Under the pieces are notes generated by a model, which was given only the letters and a program-made list of their open reading frames with translations, made no database searches and had not been told where the DNA came from. The translations under genes were made by a program, and so were the position numbers. A stretch of DNA of 64,000 nucleotides from Massalongia carnosa (Eukaryota). Location: positions 620,001 through 684,000 of the forward strand of contig OZ287076.1 of the NCBI GenBank assembly GCA_965645245.1. The letters run 5' to 3'. Every line of letters starts with the position of its first letter. The stretch's first letter is position 1. This document shows, in pieces, positions 53,687 to 64,000 of the stretch.

Positions 53687-53817
53687 TGCGTCGGCCGGGA
53701 ATCGAACCCGGGGCCTGCCGATGGCAACGGCAGATTTTACCACTTGAGTTTCCAATCAGTCAATTGCAAATATTGATGTAGCGAAAGGGAACATTTTCGT
53801 ACCTAAACCACCAACGC
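53687..53817 (-). tRNA. tRNA-Gly(GCC), 71 nt, split by a 60-nt GT-AG intron in the D-loop (exons 53817-53803 and 53742-53687)
   Basis: Spliced sequence GCGTTGGTGGTTTAG|TGGTAAAATCTGCCGTTGCCATCGGCAGGCCCCGGGTTCGATTCCCGGCCGACGCA folds into a full cloverleaf (acceptor GCGTTGG/CCGACGC, anticodon stem TGCCG/CGGCA, T arm CCGGG-TTCGATT-CCCGG). Confidence 0.9.
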
Positions 53818-55394
53818 TTGATGACTTGAGGGGAATTATTGAGTAATTTATTTTATTGCCAACTTTTATTGGTTAACTGTTGCTTAACTAGCCAAGTGGT
53901 TTCGCGAGAGAGATTAACTAACTCTGGATTTTTATTAAAAAAATTAATATTTGGTTACTTTATGTGAGGAAAGGAAAAGGGTTGTCTTGAGGTATGTATA
54001 TTTTTGCTCGTTTTTCGATTGGAGGAGCAACGTGGATTGTATATGGGATGTATGTGGGGACGTAAACTGTTTGGATATCTGCTTGGGGAAGTTCGGGTTT
54101 TTATGTAGGTATATATCTATCGGCGTCTTTCTGGGTGATCTACTTTGGGTAGGTAGCGTCCAAAGGGGTGGGGGGGGGTTCTTTTTGGACTTTTTGTTGA
54201 AGGGGGGGGGTTTCCTTCTTGGGCTTTCCGCAGATAGATGGCAGGTAGGTAGGTATATCTAGGCCGCATGGGGTTATGTATATCTAAATATCTACCGAGT
54301 GTGTTTACTTACCTAGATACGTACTCGGGAGGCTATGACTGGCTACTATTATCACACTACGTCTTACGTATGTACAGAGTACATATCCTTGCTCTACTTA
54401 CGCCTTCCTGGCTCATGCCCCTTACTAACATATACCTATTCCCAAATACATTGGCTACCGTTATATATACAATCAATTCATCACCCAGACAGACTACACG
54501 CCATTGGCTCTGTATAGTGCGCCTTCTTTATTTCCTTACGGGTATCCTAACAAGAATAGGTAATGCCTTTGCCTGGTTTCCTGGAGCGGGATGGTGGGAT
54601 GGGATAGCAGGCAGATGATCGGGTTGGCAAGTAGGTAGGTACTCGTGGTACTCGTGGTTCTCTGACAATGAACAGCAACACAGAGACACATGGGTGGGTG
54701 GGATCGGCTTGATGAGTGAGGTAGGCGGAGGGAGGCCGTAATCTAGAAATAGCGAGCGCCCATGGAGGTAGGGGGCGAATCTTTTCGATGTTACTCCGTT
54801 TATGGATGCACATTGAGTCTGGGAGAGGACTGTCTCTGGGGGAGATGGGGGAAAGACTTGTTGGCTGGGACGTTGTTGGGAAGTAGGAAAGGTTGAAAAC
54901 CTTCGGCGACTTTTAGGTGGGCAACGCGATCTAGGCTGTTGGTCAGCGCCAATGTGAGTAAGGCTGGGAGATGTCGAGCTTTCTACTATGGATGCTTAAG
55001 ATCCAGCAACCCGAGCCCAAGGAACCAACGGGCCCAAGGATTGGAAACTGCTTATTCTGAATCATGGGCCTTGGAAATTAGAAGGACGTGAAGCTTCTTG
55101 GTGACATACTGATTGAAAATTCTCGCAGGCTCTCTGTACATAATAGCCACTTGCAGATTTGATGGCCGCAACAGTTGGTGAATCTTCGCTATGTTAGCTA
55201 CCAATATGCAAGTCTGCAAACTGATCAATCTCAGCCGCTAGTCCTGCTGCCCGGTTCTCATCGCTATATCTGCGCCTTGGGCAAGAATTGGCAGCTCACT
55301 TGGCAGGGGAACGAGTTGATCTGAATGAGGGGATGGCAGATTTTTATTATAGTCCTCAAATATCAGAACCACCTCACGTCTGCAACGAGAACGA

Positions 55395-55493
55395 GAAGAA
55401 GAAGAAGAAGAAGAAGAAGAAGAAGAAGAAGAAGAAGAAGAAGAAGAAGAAGAAGAAGAAGAAGAAGAAGAAGAAGAAGAAGAAGAAGAAGAA
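55395..55493. repeat. (GAA)33 microsatellite
   Basis: Uninterrupted GAA run. Confidence 0.95.
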
Positions 55494-56252
55494 AATCAAG
55501 AGGGGGAAAGAGAGGTGCTATTCTAGCTAGAAAAAAAGGCCACAAAGTCTGCTCTGACAGCGAGAAGAAGCGTAATAAGACGCGGAAAAGTCACGCTATT
55601 TCTAGCCACACTATTTCCAGCTGAGATGAAGTCTGCAGAGTCGGCTCTCCTAAGCTTGGTCTTTTGGGTTTAAGAACCAGAATCTAGTAAATATCTGGGG
55701 ACAGAGCCTCTTTATGAAGCTAGAGAGACGAGACACAACGGTATTTTGGCGGTCTCGCCTCCTGAACTATTTGTTGGCCACCAAATTTCTGTCTTTTAGC
55801 TATTGAAAACGATCGATTGTTTTTTCCCCCATAAACTGGCACTTTTTTCACTCTAGATAGCCCTAAGCTTAAGGGGAATCAATGAAGTCAATCTTCGGTA
55901 AAAGGTCCAATATAACTTCAGTTCTGCTCGGCCTGGATGGTATGATAGCTTTTTTGCAAGTGCTGTCAACACGTTGATACTATGAATGTAAGTATTAGCA
56001 CTGTCTAAGGAAGAACCACGGCAACCATTAACAACAAAATATCTGACAGTTGGTTTTATTTCCTGTCAGCCCCCTTCTGGCCTGATACCCGTCAGTTACA
56101 TAAGAAAAGATCTGGTTTCAAAAAGCGAAAGTGATTATCTCTCGGCCCGTTTTAGATACTACAGTCACAGGAGTTGAGTAGTTGACAGCTACCTCGTACG
56201 TCTCCTCCCCTTATTTCTCTTTTTGTATATTTTAATAAGTAAATATCGAACC

Positions 56253-56328
56253 CTCCAACCACCGGAGTTCGAACCGACGAAGGTGTGCATTTACGAAGCG
56301 AACGGGATTACCACTTAACTATACAGGA
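56253..56328 (-). pseudogene. Degenerate tRNA-like sequence (tRNA pseudogene or SINE head)
   Basis: TCCTGTA-TAGTTAAGTGGTAATC...GTCGGTTCGAACTCCGG: A-box and B-box at tRNA spacing, but acceptor and anticodon stems pair poorly. Confidence 0.55.
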
Positions 56329-57913
56329 TAGTATGTTGTTTAAGAGGAACATAAGTGAAGAATATTGTTGTGAGTTTGTTCTTTCGGAAAACCTTTGATA
56401 GCCCTAAGATGCGCTGGGCTAGGCCATCTAGTCTCCGATAGATAAATGTATTCCAAATATTGATGGACCTCTGGTTCCTAGGTCTCCAACGAAGTCTTCA
56501 ATAAATCTCGCTATTTCAAGCTCCAGCTCGTCCTGATACATAGACGGTTGTTATGCTTTGACAAGTAATTCGGCTTTGGGAAGCATATTTTGAAAAAAAT
56601 AACATTCGTATATTAAAACACCTGTCAAATAGTACATAAGGGAAACCCTAGGTTCGTGGGAACTGTGGGTATACGAGAAAAGACACTGAGTCGAAAATTC
56701 GTGGTTGCAGAAGCGGGGCCAGGAATGACTAGGCGGTTTGTTATTCAATATGTGAGCATGGAGTATATCATTTCGTTTATGTCCACCTACCTATTAGTAC
56801 AAAGGAATTTGCAATCAGCACACATCAGCATGCGCAGGCTCAGATACTAGTGAATTTAGCCGGTGGGATGAAACTTAGGGGGCGGTACGAAAAGGGGTCT
56901 ACCTTTACAGAGTACAGACTATTCGATCTGAGGTGGCGCACAGGATGCGCTTCCTTCAAACTTTCAAGGGACTTGAAAGACCGAAGTACTTTGTACCTTT
57001 GGTTCTTGAACTATTGAGTGAGCGTAGAGCGGCTGAAAAATGATTGCCATGTAGAACCAATGATAAGGCAAACCATGTTCTCTAAAAGCCAAATCAAGGA
57101 CACTGTGGTGAACATCTTCAAGATGAGATAAAATCTGTCGCCGTTACGTCAACATCCAGTAAAACTTGAGTCAACCATAGCCTCTGCTTCCTATACCTGA
57201 TCCTCGTTCTTGTTATTTTTCTTCTCAGATAGAACCTGCGCCCTACGCGTCCTCGCGTTATGCGCCTCGACTCTTCAGCCCTCAATGTGCACAAATTTCC
57301 CCCATGCCGACAGTACCGCACACGTGATATGTGGGGGATGTACGAGTTACAGATTGTAGCCTAAGACCAAATCCAGACGTGAGCGAGGTCCACGCGCATG
57401 CGAGGTGACGAGTAAGATACGGATGAATGGGGCGCATTCAATGTCAAGCAAAAATAAACACAGGGGAATGGTAGGTAGTTTGATGTAAAGGCTGCGGAAA
57501 TCAGATAGAGATCGGAGCGGATTGGAATTCTGGAGACAGAAGTTCTAGCGGAGGGAAGGGGTGTTAGTGTTTGAGGGTGGATATTGTATGAGTCATGATC
57601 AGACGTTAGGTATCATGTTCCTGGGATAAAGTTATTGCTTGATGCGCTAACGGGCGGCGAACCTAGATACATAGTTACCTAACTAGTGTCGATCCCGCCG
57701 TATTATATTTTTTGGTACGAACGAGTCCCCCATATCCATACAGAGCACAGAGGCATCAGTTCAATTATAGACGTTAGAAATGCTGCCTACCCTAGTTTAT
57801 GATCTGGCCTTTTGACTCTTGCAGTCCACTGACAATATTAAAACTTTGTCCTAAATGAATGCTTTGGTGGTGCTCATCCCAAACCTCTCGCCTTGATATA
57901 TTCAATATCCAAT

Positions 57914-60900
57914 ATGGCTACAGCCTTCACCCCCAGCTTAGCCCCTTCCAGCCGACAGCCAGCTCTTCATGCGCCGATAACGGTAGTTACAGCTCCTGTT
58001 GCACCCTCTGGCACGTTTGCCCCAGGCACCAAGGTCCAAGTCGGTGGTCATAGAGTGGTGATTGAGAAATATCTGTCGGAAGGAGGCTTTGCCCATGTAT
58101 ATCTAGTGAGGCTACCAAAAGCCATTAATGGGGATGATGGGGCAGTCTTGAAAAGAGTCGCGGTGCCGGACAAGGAAGCGCTTGCCAGCATGAGGACTGA
58201 GGTTGAGACTATGAAAAAGCTGAAGGGCCGGCGTCATATTGTTACCTACATGGATTCGCACGCATCGCAATTAAGGGGGGGAGGCTACGAAGTATTTCTA
58301 CTCATGGAGTACTGCAACGGCGGAGGCTTAATGGATTTCATGAACACACGTCTTCAAAACCGTCTTACAGAACCCGAGATTTTGTCGATATTCTCCGATG
58401 TTGCGCAAGGAGTTGCCAATATGCACTACCTTAAGCCACCGCTACTTCATAGGGATCTAAAAGTTGAAAACGTCCTGATCACCTCATCAGGAACTTCAAG
58501 ACGGTATAAGCTTTGTGACTTCGGGTCGGCCGCCGCTTCCACGCCGGCTGCGACAAATGTGGCCGAAGGAAGACTCATCGAGGAAGATGTACAAAAGCAC
58601 ACCACTCTCCAATATCGCAGTCCAGAAATGATCGACGTTTTCCGGAAGCAACCAATTGACGAGAAAAGCGATATTTGGGCTTTAGGGGTACTCTTATACA
58701 AGCTCTGTTATTATAAAACTCCATTTGAAGACCAAGGCCAAATGGCTATACTCAACGCACGCTTCAAATTTCCTGGGTATCCTTCGTTTTCGGATGACTT
58801 GAAGAAATTGATTGGTGGGTCTTCTCCCTATATACTGATTTAATGACTGATCATGTTCAGCATCAATGTTGCGAGAGGTTCCCCAGCTTCGGCCCAATAT
58901 TTATCAAGTGGTTCGCGAGGTTTGTCTAATGCGAAGGACCGATGTACCTATAAAAGATGTAAGGCTGTCCGTTACTACTTGGTGTATGATAATAACGAAA
59001 CCAGATATACTTCAGCCAGACTCCTTCCCAAGCCCGACAAGATCAACAACCCCTTTTACCTCAACCTCATATAGCTTCACCTCCGATGATTGGTGCATAC
59101 CAAGTTTCGCCAATGGAAGAGAAACAAACATTACCAGATATCGTCCCAATGAGGCGTGGTCGACCAATCAAGTCGGAACTAGAGAGTAAAGGTCCCAAAC
59201 CCCCACCTTCTCCGATTCGAGGTGCGGTTGGAGATCCATTTACGGCGCTGGACTCGACTTTGCCTTCTGTTCCTAATGGCGATCTTGTTGATGGTGTTTC
59301 ATGTAGATTCCCCCCCCTGGATGAATTTTCTATTCTGCATGACTCTGGGAGCAAATTTGCGTTTGATCTCAGTTCTGAACCAACCGCCAAAGCCCCAAAG
59401 GACATTAGGGCACGAGTAACCGATGCTTTGGCAGACGATGCCTTTGCTCAACCGTTGCCACCAGCCAAGGCTCTTCCAAACCCTGGGGTACCTACGCTTC
59501 ATCTGGATGCAAAGCTAACTGATGTTTCGGAATTATCCATATCGAAAGCCTCACAGCTTCCCACAAATCAACAGGATCTTTCTCAACGGCCGCAAATGGT
59601 CTCTACAGGCACAATGACATCCCCATCACCTCCATCTACCATCATCTCTACACGTTCACCTCGTCCAATCTTTCACTTCCCGCCTGCTGAGCACAGATCA
59701 TCAAGCCAGCCACGAAGACATGATGCGGACACGCTTGCAGCCTCAAATCTTAAACCTAACGCACTTGTCAACATACGACCGGGACTTCGTGACCAACGCT
59801 CAAAGTCTCAACTCTCGGCTCTTGACGTCGCTAAGTCCAGCACGTCCTCTCGTCCTTCATTAGAGGGCCCAAGGCCCTCAATGCTTGAGACACACAGCAC
59901 CATCAATAGGTCCAAATCAGCGAGTTCAAGGGCTAGGCCTTTTAATGTCAATGAGGACGGGACAAGGACCTCACAAAGTCGAGAAACAGCTCGAGGAGAA
60001 CGATATCGCACGGAGCCGCATCAGGAAACGTATAATCGCGAGTACATCCCATCTAGTCGAAATAGTGGGCCCAGCAATGGACTTGAAAGCAGTAATATAA
60101 CCTCTGACGTTGAATTTTTACGAGCTATAGAGGAACAAGACCCTACGAAGAGGAAAGTAAAACGATCAGGCAGCGGATCGAAGCATGCCAAACGATCAAG
60201 TATGCCGTCCTTGTCTCTTTCGGGAACGAAATCTCTCCTTGTAGGAAGGTTTGGAGATGCGTTTCGTCGATTTGAAACCAACTCCGGCGGACCCAGCCAA
60301 CGTGGTTCATCGCCCTCTCCGAAACGCGGCGATAGCGATCTGACCCCGATAGCTGGTTCCGAGGCGACGGATGGTAGAAGTGACGACGGCCATGCAATCG
60401 AGGAGACTGAGCCCATCCCTCCCGAAGTGCGCCGAGAACTTGAGCGGCGGCGGCTTTCTCAGGAAGAGAAACGCGTTGCGGATGCTGGGGCGGCTTATCG
60501 ACAAAAGTTTACTGAGAAGCCAGAGGGCCAAAACCCTTCCAGCGAGGGGCAGCGTAATAGTCGGGCAGCATCAATTCAAAGCAAAGTCAAATCTCTCCTG
60601 GACGAAAGCGGCAGAGCCTCTCCATTGAAGCCCGACCAAGACTATGGTCTCTACTCTTCTAATCCCCCGGTACCAAACCCCCAGGTACAGGACGAGCCCT
60701 TTTCCCGAACTATACCCAGCCAATCTCAAATTCAGAAGAAACCGCCGCCAAGTAATAACGCCCTTCACCCGTCCATGCGGTCAAACCCGCCACCATCCGA
60801 ACCTGCTCAAAACACCTACAAGCAACAAACCCCCGTCATCACCTCTTCCGTACCATCTACCACCGACCGTCCCTTCCCCCGGCCCAGTGCCCCACCGAAA

Positions 60901-61143
60901 CCGCATGCATTAAGATCCGGTAACGTTCGAGAAGATTTGCCACCCCCCAGTAAACCAACAACTTCTTCTCTCGTTGCGGGCAAAACACAACTTCCGTATT
61001 CCGTCTCCGATTCTACAGCCATTCCCCCCGTCGGGAGCGAGGATTGGGAAAAGAATTTCAGCAAGCGGTATCCTGCGCTCGCCGGGCTGGAGATGGTGGA
61101 GACAGAGATTGATAGTGGTGGGGGTGGAAGGAAAGAGAGTTGA
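57914..61143 (+). CDS. NAK-family (Ark1/Prk1-type) Ser/Thr kinase (introns 58815-58860, 58959-59004)
   Basis: LSEGGFAHVY, AVLKRV, YEVFLLMEYC, PPLLHRDLKVENVL, LCDFGS, TTLQYRSPEM, DIWALG; Pro-rich tail with DPF and FSKRYP.L. Confidence 0.92.
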
Positions 61144-61756
61144 GGTTTGTGAATCCTGGGAGAGGGGGGAAGACAGAGGGAAGAGGTAGGTATAAGTATG
61201 TAAAGGAGGAGAGCAAGGATGAAATTTTTGGATTTTGGTTTCGTCTCTTCTTTCCTTGCGCCCAACACGCGCATGTTTAAGGTTCATACGTAAACTTTAT
61301 GTTCATAGGCCCTGAGTATCTACAAATGAGAGAGTTATATTAAATTCATAATCATCCCTTAGTCTAGGTCTAGGAGAAGCGTCCCTGTCATCAACCTTTC
61401 TTGTTCCTTTCTCTCGCATGATTTTTAAAAGCTTGCCCCTCTCCCCCCCTCCCCCTCTTCTCCCCTCCGTGTATTTTTTCCCTCTTTGTCCCTCATCCTC
61501 CCTCAACTACTCATCGGCCCATGATCGGCACAGCGCTTGCCAGTCGAATGAACGAATGAAGTCGTGAATAGCTCCGTAGTTATTTGCCACTTTGGCTTTC
61601 ATCCGTGCCGGAGCCATCTCCGGAATCTATATTAATCCCCGACTCCTAATGAGAGGTTCAAGAAGAAGAAGAGGAAGAGGAAGAATAGTCTTCGTCCCCA
61701 TAGCCGCTGTCCGGCACGTCACAAAGGGAGTCGCAATCGCCGACCAGCCACTCCGA

Positions 61757-62644
61757 TCAAGGCTCTGTTTGCTCGCCTCTGATCCATTCAGGGACTTGCT
61801 CCACATCCATCCAGGTGGATATCCGCGACTTTTTCTCGCGGCCGGAGAGCTTCATGTATTCCACCCCGCGGATTCCCTTCGAAATGCCGACCCGGCCGCG
61901 CTGGCGGACCATAGTCGCCATCGCCCGGGTCACGTGTAAAGCCGCGTCGGTGTTGGGCATTCCGGGCAGCATGAGAGTTCGCAGTCCGCCTCCGCTGGTT
62001 CCGTCACTCTTCATGCTTGTCGACGCGGCCCGGGCGGAGCCAAAAAGACTCCGTATCGACTCCGAAATTGCCAGCTCGTCTTGTTTGCCTTCGCGGATTT
62101 TGCCAAAGTCCACCTGCAGCACTCGCAGGTTGGGAAACAGACTCAGGCAGTGGGCCGTTGTTGCCGCAATGCGTTCGAAGCATAACCGTGTTCTGTATAT
62201 AATCATGAGGTTAAGATTCTGGATCTGGGAGAACGTCCTGGGATAGCTTTTCTGAGCCTTGCAAATACTATGCGGACTGATGCAACGGGATGTCACAACG
62301 AAGGGCATGTAAAGGAACTGGTTGCCCTTGCAAAATATGCGGAGGCCCTCGCGGTAATAAATCTTGCAGGTAAATATAATTGCCGGGCTGATCTCCTCCT
62401 GGCCTCGCTTTTCCGACCAGAAGGGTCTCAGCCTGCTAGGTTCTCCGATATTCCTTATGGGATGATAGGATATTAGACATTGATGGAGAATCATAATCTG
62501 GAGTTCCATGGGCAGGCTTGTGATGAAAAACAATGAATGCTGGAGGGGAACCTTGGGGGTTTGAAGCAAGCCGTTCCCAACTGCACCTGCTGTTTGATTC
62601 ATTCCTGATACGATAACGAAAGGGGTGTTTGCTTTGAGCTTCAT
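61757..62644 (-). CDS. Hypothetical fungal protein with an F-box-like N-terminal motif
   Basis: 295-aa ORF with SLPMELQIMIL..CL and IIFTCKIYYREG..F...N.F, a pattern common in lineage-specific Pezizomycotina proteins. Confidence 0.6.
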   Translation of the reverse strand: MKLKANTPFVIVSGMNQTAGAVGNGLLQTPKVPLQHSLFFITSLPMELQIMILHQCLISYHPIRNIGEPSRLRPFWSEKRGQEEISPAIIFTCKIYYREGLRIFCKGNQFLYMPFVVTSRCISPHSICKAQKSYPRTFSQIQNLNLMIIYRTRLCFERIAATTAHCLSLFPNLRVLQVDFGKIREGKQDELAISESIRSLFGSARAASTSMKSDGTSGGGLRTLMLPGMPNTDAALHVTRAMATMVRQRGRVGISKGIRGVEYMKLSGREKKSRISTWMDVEQVPEWIRGEQTEP

Positions 62645-63326
62645 AATGATCGAATCGAATTCGCTAAAGTGAGTCCCAGATGCTATGCGATATTGTGTGA
62701 AAATAATGATTTAATGATTTGTTAACTGCACGATGTGTTAGACATCAGATCAAGCATCGAAGTCCTGGATTCTTTTGAATGGCCACCACTTACTGGTGCA
62801 ATTCGTAAGGTATCGATGACGGCAACGTTGATACAAGGTTAAAGCGGTCGATTATTTGGGAAATTTCTTTCCTTGCGTCGATTGTTAGGCAGTGTCTATC
62901 GGCTTGAATAGGAACGACCTAGAGATAGTTTTATATCACATGACATACTTACTTTCATCAGTTATCCATTGTGAACTAACACAGGGAACTTTCAGGCTCG
63001 AGAACTGCTAAATTTGCATTGACCTGACAACGCCAGCTGTATATCTCCCTGGCCAAATGATGTACACTTTTATTCTAGCCTGAGCGTCGATGCTGAAAAC
63101 TGCAGAGAAAAAGCCAACTGTACCCCATATGATGCAAAACGAAGACGGGAGAGTGTTTCCGACCTTTTATGTACTCTGTACATGGTATCAAGACAAATTG
63201 ATAGACAGCTCAACAAATTAATAAGTATAGAATCCCCCCAAAACTGGCAAAAAGCTCCCAGGTTGCGACCTGGCAATATAAGAATAAGAGTGGAACAGTA
63301 TGGGGAATGTTGATACATTTTCATAA

Positions 63327-64000
63327 TCATACACGACGCATTGGGGCGGTACGCTTCTTGGATACGGATTTCTTTGATGGTTCTCCAGCACCCTCAATAT
63401 ACTTCATCAGTTCATCGATACTTCGAGAATCGAAAGCTATGCTGCTTCGAGAGTCTCGACCGTTGACTAGATCGGTCGGAGATTGCCCCACCGCCGGCTG
63501 GGGACGAGTTGCCATCGTAACTTTTGGCGTGAGCAGAACCTTCCGCAACCGTCGCGCCTGCAGGTCCTTAGCATGTTTGGCGATCGACACGGCATTGTGT
63601 GTAAGCTGTTCAAGCCATGTCTCGGCCTCTCGAGTGTTTCGATCCTCCGGACCAAGCTTGGCGAGGAAAATGCTATAAGCGTCTCGCATGCATTGAACGG
63701 CAGCTTTGGGTTCGTGGTCCAAGGCCAGAGCTTGTGCTAACTGGAATGCAAGTGTGGCGGTGTTCACTGACTGCTTGCCGGATACGTCTTCGCTGATCGC
63801 GAGTGATATTTCGAACCACAGACGCGACTCATGGTAGAATTTCAAGGTCTGAAGCATTACCGCCGCATTATTGATGGTGGTGATAGAGTCTGGATGCTTC
63901 AGACCATAAATAATTTTCCAAAGCTCCAAGGCGTGTCTCATGCAGGATAAAGCGCCGTGCGTATTCCCATTTCCGTGCTCGAATAGGGCTAGATTGAGAT
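63327..64000 (-). CDS. CLU1: Clustered mitochondria protein CLU1/TIF31, 3' part (runs off the window)
   Basis: TPR-like region HALELWKIIYG..HPDSITTINNAAVMLQ, WLEQLTHNAV and DSRSIDELMKYIEG. Confidence 0.9.
   Translation of the reverse strand, partial: LNLALFEHGNGNTHGALSCMRHALELWKIIYGLKHPDSITTINNAAVMLQTLKFYHESRLWFEISLAISEDVSGKQSVNTATLAFQLAQALALDHEPKAAVQCMRDAYSIFLAKLGPEDRNTREAETWLEQLTHNAVSIAKHAKDLQARRLRKVLLTPKVTMATRPQPAVGQSPTDLVNGRDSRSSIAFDSRSIDELMKYIEGAGEPSKKSVSKKRTAPMRRV

Noticed and set aside
53743..53802. tRNA insert as a canonical SEN/BHB intron or a transposon footprint
   Set aside because: Wrong position, no visible BHB, no TIRs or TA duplication, whereas donor, branch and acceptor are all present at fungal spacing; not formally excluded without RNA data.
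55288..55624. Poly-K, poly-R and poly-L ORFs
   Set aside because: Translations of the (GAA)n microsatellite.

Overview
Intron-rich fungal nuclear DNA from a filamentous ascomycete; a lichen-forming Lecanoromycete is plausible but is inference. Protein genes: ALKBH6-like dioxygenase, DFG10 polyprenol reductase, Hos4-like ankyrin protein (spanning a 200-N gap), RPS12, Vid24/GID4, DgoD-type dehydratase, a tail-to-tail EFM7/EFM4 methyltransferase pair, STM1, a bZIP factor, a NuSAP-motif protein, MOT1, an Ark1/Prk1 kinase, an orphan ORF and the 3' end of CLU1. The window also holds two MFS pseudogenes, three TIR/TA-bounded pogo/Fot1 elements, a further pogo-like fragment, two ~60-70 bp hairpin mini-elements and simple repeats. 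The stand-out observation is a complete tRNA-Gly(GCC) gene (53687-53817, minus strand) split in its D-loop by a 60-nt intron with spliceosomal signals (GTACGA donor, ACTGAT branch, AAG acceptor). It is not a canonical 37/38 tRNA intron and suggests spliceosomal processing of a tRNA precursor. All exon boundaries were read by eye.
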